From: Dictyostelium discoideum
Taxonomy: Eukaryota
Direction of reading: 5' to 3'
DNA length: 64,000 nucleotides
Assembly: GCA_000004695.1 (NCBI GenBank)
Contig: CM000152.2
Location: 4,448,001 to 4,512,000, forward strand
The first letter of the stretch is position 1. The number at the start of each line of letters is the position of its first letter. The notes beneath the pieces were generated by a model. That model worked only from the letters and a program-made list of their open reading frames with translations, was not told where the DNA came from and did not search any database. Below are positions 61,432 through 64,000 of this stretch, in pieces. The position numbers and the translations under genes were made by a program.

Positions 61432-62579
61432 AATAGTTTTTTAATTGAAAAATATTGTGATTTTGAATTGCCAAATTATATTAATTTGGCAATTCCAGTA
61501 TTCTTTATTGCAATGGTAGTTGAAGTTACTATTCAATTTTGGAAAGTAAAATATAGAAATCAAGAATCTGATCATGATTTTAATGATACAATATGTTCAA
61601 TTTTATTGGGTTCCCTACAAGAAGTTTTTCATTTCTTTATGAAACCAATGTTTTTTATACCATATTTATATATGTATGTATTTTTTTTATTAATAATTAA
61701 ATTGAATTATTAAATTATCCATAAAATTTTTATTATTATATTTTAGATGGAATAATTTTAGAATTTTGGATGCATCAACTACAAATGTGTTAAGTTTCAT
61801 TTTAGGATTTTTAGGAATTGATTTTTCAATTTATTGGTAATTATTAATAAAATATATATATATACTAAAATAATAATAATAATAATTATAATAAAAATTC
61901 TAATATTATTTTATTATAATATTATTTTATATTTTAATTTTTTAATTTTTTAAAAGTTTTCATCGTTTAGGACATGAATTTAATTTTTTTTGGGCATTAC
62001 ATGTACCACATCATTCATCAGATTATTATAATTTTTCATCAGCAACTAGACAAAGTATGTTTCAATATATTTATGTTTGGATACATTATTTACCAATGGC
62101 ATTTTTCGTTCATCCAATTCATTATTCATTTCATCATCATTGGAATAGAATCGTCCAATTTTGGTTACATACAAATGTATTGACTGGTTATTGTGAATGG
62201 ATTGAATTTATTTTTGTAACACCAAGAATTCATAGAGTTCATCATGCAAAGAATCCACAATATATTGATAAAAATTATGGTGGAATGTTAACGATTTGGG
62301 ATAAACTATTCGGTACATTTCAAGTCGAACATCCTGATGTTAAAATGGAATTTGGTATAACAGAAGATGATGATATCAACACTCATTCAACTATTTGGTT
62401 AAATATTCATCATTTCGTTTATATGTATAATCTATCAAAAAGATTAAAAGGTTTTTCAAAATTAAAAGTTATTTATAAACCACCAAATTGGTTACCAGAA
62501 GATGATTATCCAATTATTATTAATAATAATAATAATAATATTAAAAATGATGATAATAATGATAATAATGATAATAATG

Positions 62580-62657
<78 letters not shown>

Positions 62658-62761
62658 TAATTAATAGTAATGAAGATAGTTGTAATAATAGTAGTGATGA
62701 TAGTGATAGTAATTGTTGTGATGAAAATCAAAAATTATTAAAGATTATTAAAAATAATAAC

Positions 62762-62809
<48 letters not shown>

Positions 62810-63439
62810 TTAGAATCATCAGATTTAATAATTAAAAAACAAGTTTTAATTGAAAAACTAAATATTGAAGATAAAAATCAAAATCAAACAATTTCAAAAA
62901 AAAGAAAAACTAATGATGTTTTTGGTGTTTTAATGTGTGCATATTTATTAATGGAAGCAACAAATATTAGTATTATATTATCAAGTTTAGAGAATTTTAA
63001 ATTTGTTTTCAATGATAAGGATATTTATAAAGTTGCAATTATAATAGTATTCCAAATTGGATTTGTTGGTTCAATTTTATCAAAGAATAATAGTGATCCA
63101 ATTTATATTAATTCAAAAACAATAACTAGAAAATCTAAAAAATATTCAATTTACAATTTAATTTCATCACAACAAATACAACCACAACCATCAATATTAA
63201 TTAATGATTTAAAAATTTCATTCCTTGAAAGTAATCCAATATTATCATTGGTTCAAATGTTAAGAATGGTAATAACAACTATTTTCTTTTATGATATAAG
63301 TATGACAAATGTTTTTCCAAGTGTTCAATTATTCTTTGGTTTCCTTTTCAAATTCACTTGTATTCAAATAGTTTCTTGGTTTGTTGCTGTTTTGTTTTCA
63401 TATCATAAAAATATTATTATCACTTCAGAAAATTTAGAA

Positions 63440-63533
<94 letters not shown>

Positions 63534-63664
63534 TTCAAATTAAAAAAGAATATAAAATAAATCAATTATCAGATAGAGAATCACTTAAAAATCATTATAA
63601 ATATCAAACTAATCAAACAATTGAATATTTAAAATCCAAAATTAAATCTCAAAAAAATGAATAA
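61432..63664 (+). CDS. Alkylglycerol monooxygenase (AGMO/TMEM195)-like fatty-acid-hydroxylase-superfamily enzyme with a C-terminal N-rich, multi-transmembrane extension. Exons at about ?61432-61673, 61747-61836 and 61957-63664. The first exon and start codon are unresolved.
   Basis: The spliced protein reads ...FLIEKYCDFELPNYINLAIPVFFIAMVVEV...YLYIWNNFRILDASTTNVLSFILGFLGIDFSIY(C)FHRLGHEFNFFWALHVPHHSSDYYNFSSATRQSMFQ...TPRIHRVHHAKNPQYIDKNYGGMLTIWDKLFGTFQVEH. It aligns with human AGMO segments [57 protein letters not shown] and [34 protein letters not shown], including the diagnostic histidine boxes. Donors are GTATGT and GTAATT, and both introns are phase 2. The in-frame upstream ATG at 61411 is immediately followed by TAA. 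Confidence 0.75.
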
Positions 63665-63888
63665 ATATTAAGAAATTATATTAAAAATGTTAATTTACTC
63701 ATAGATCACACTTAAAAATTAATTTTTAAAGAAATAAATATTATATACATATCGTTTTACAAAATGCTTGAATTGTGTAATTTCACACTTTATAATATTA
63801 TTATTCTATTTATTATTGTTTTTAATGGATAATAATAGGTCATAATGAAGGATTCGAACCTACGACTGAATTATATTTGCTAAAAGCT

Positions 63889-63971
63889 TGCAAGAGGCGA
63901 GATTCGAACTCGCGAACCGAATGGATGAGATCTTAAGTCACACGGATTTAACCAGACTTTCCTACCCTTGC
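63889..63971 (-). tRNA. tRNA-Leu with anticodon UAA, second copy, identical to the gene at 10032-10114 but on the opposite strand.
   Basis: The reverse complement of 63889-63971 equals 10032-10114 at 83 of 83 positions by hand comparison. A perfect external B-box GGTTCGAATCC lies about 30 bp downstream of the gene, at plus-strand 63851-63861. External B-boxes are a known feature of Dictyostelium tRNA genes. Confidence 0.8.
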
Positions 63972-64000
63972 TTTGATGAAATTCGATTTTTTTTACTAAA

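Overview
This is AT-rich eukaryotic genomic DNA with the hallmarks of a social amoeba, most likely Dictyostelium discoideum. Introns are short, AT-rich and GT...AG bounded. Coding regions carry long (CAA)n, (AAT)n and (GTT)n tracts that encode poly-Q and poly-N. Intergenic DNA is dominated by poly-A and poly-T runs. A tRNA gene is followed by an external B-box.

I annotate about 20 protein-coding genes from the ORF track plus hand-derived splice junctions. Junction coordinates should be treated as accurate to about 1-3 nt. The recognisable genes are:
- The STAT transcription factor Dd-STATa (dstA, 4 exons).
- An NCAPG/Cnd3-like condensin subunit.
- A tandem pair of lineage-specific paralogs.
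- A LIN54/tesmin-like protein with two CXC domains.
- A kelch-repeat type I membrane protein.
- A FIG4/Sac3 phosphoinositide phosphatase.
- Syntaxin-18.
- A Cid1/Gld2-type terminal nucleotidyltransferase.
- The AAA+bromodomain ATPase ATAD2/Yta7.
- A bacterial-type (Glk family) glucokinase that contains introns.
- The SRF-type MADS-box factor (probably srfA), which sits behind a roughly 6 kb gene-poor regulatory region.
- A C9orf85/UPF0642 homolog.
- Mitochondrial ribosomal protein L17.
- Lysyl-tRNA synthetase.
- A 40-aa cysteine-rich mini-gene.
- The ERCC6/CSB SNF2 ATPase.
- An alkylglycerol monooxygenase (AGMO) homolog.

Two identical tRNA-Leu(UAA) genes lie in inverted orientation near the two ends of the window. 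I found no CRISPR array, no prokaryotic-style operon and no recognisable transposon.

The features most worth follow-up are:
- A roughly 0.83 kb near-identical gene-conversion tract between the tandem paralogs.
- The intron-containing bacterial-type glucokinase.
- The 2-exon Cys-rich mini-gene.
- The repetitive K/E/S-rich tail of the condensin subunit.
- The large srfA upstream region, which carries CA/GT-rich elements.
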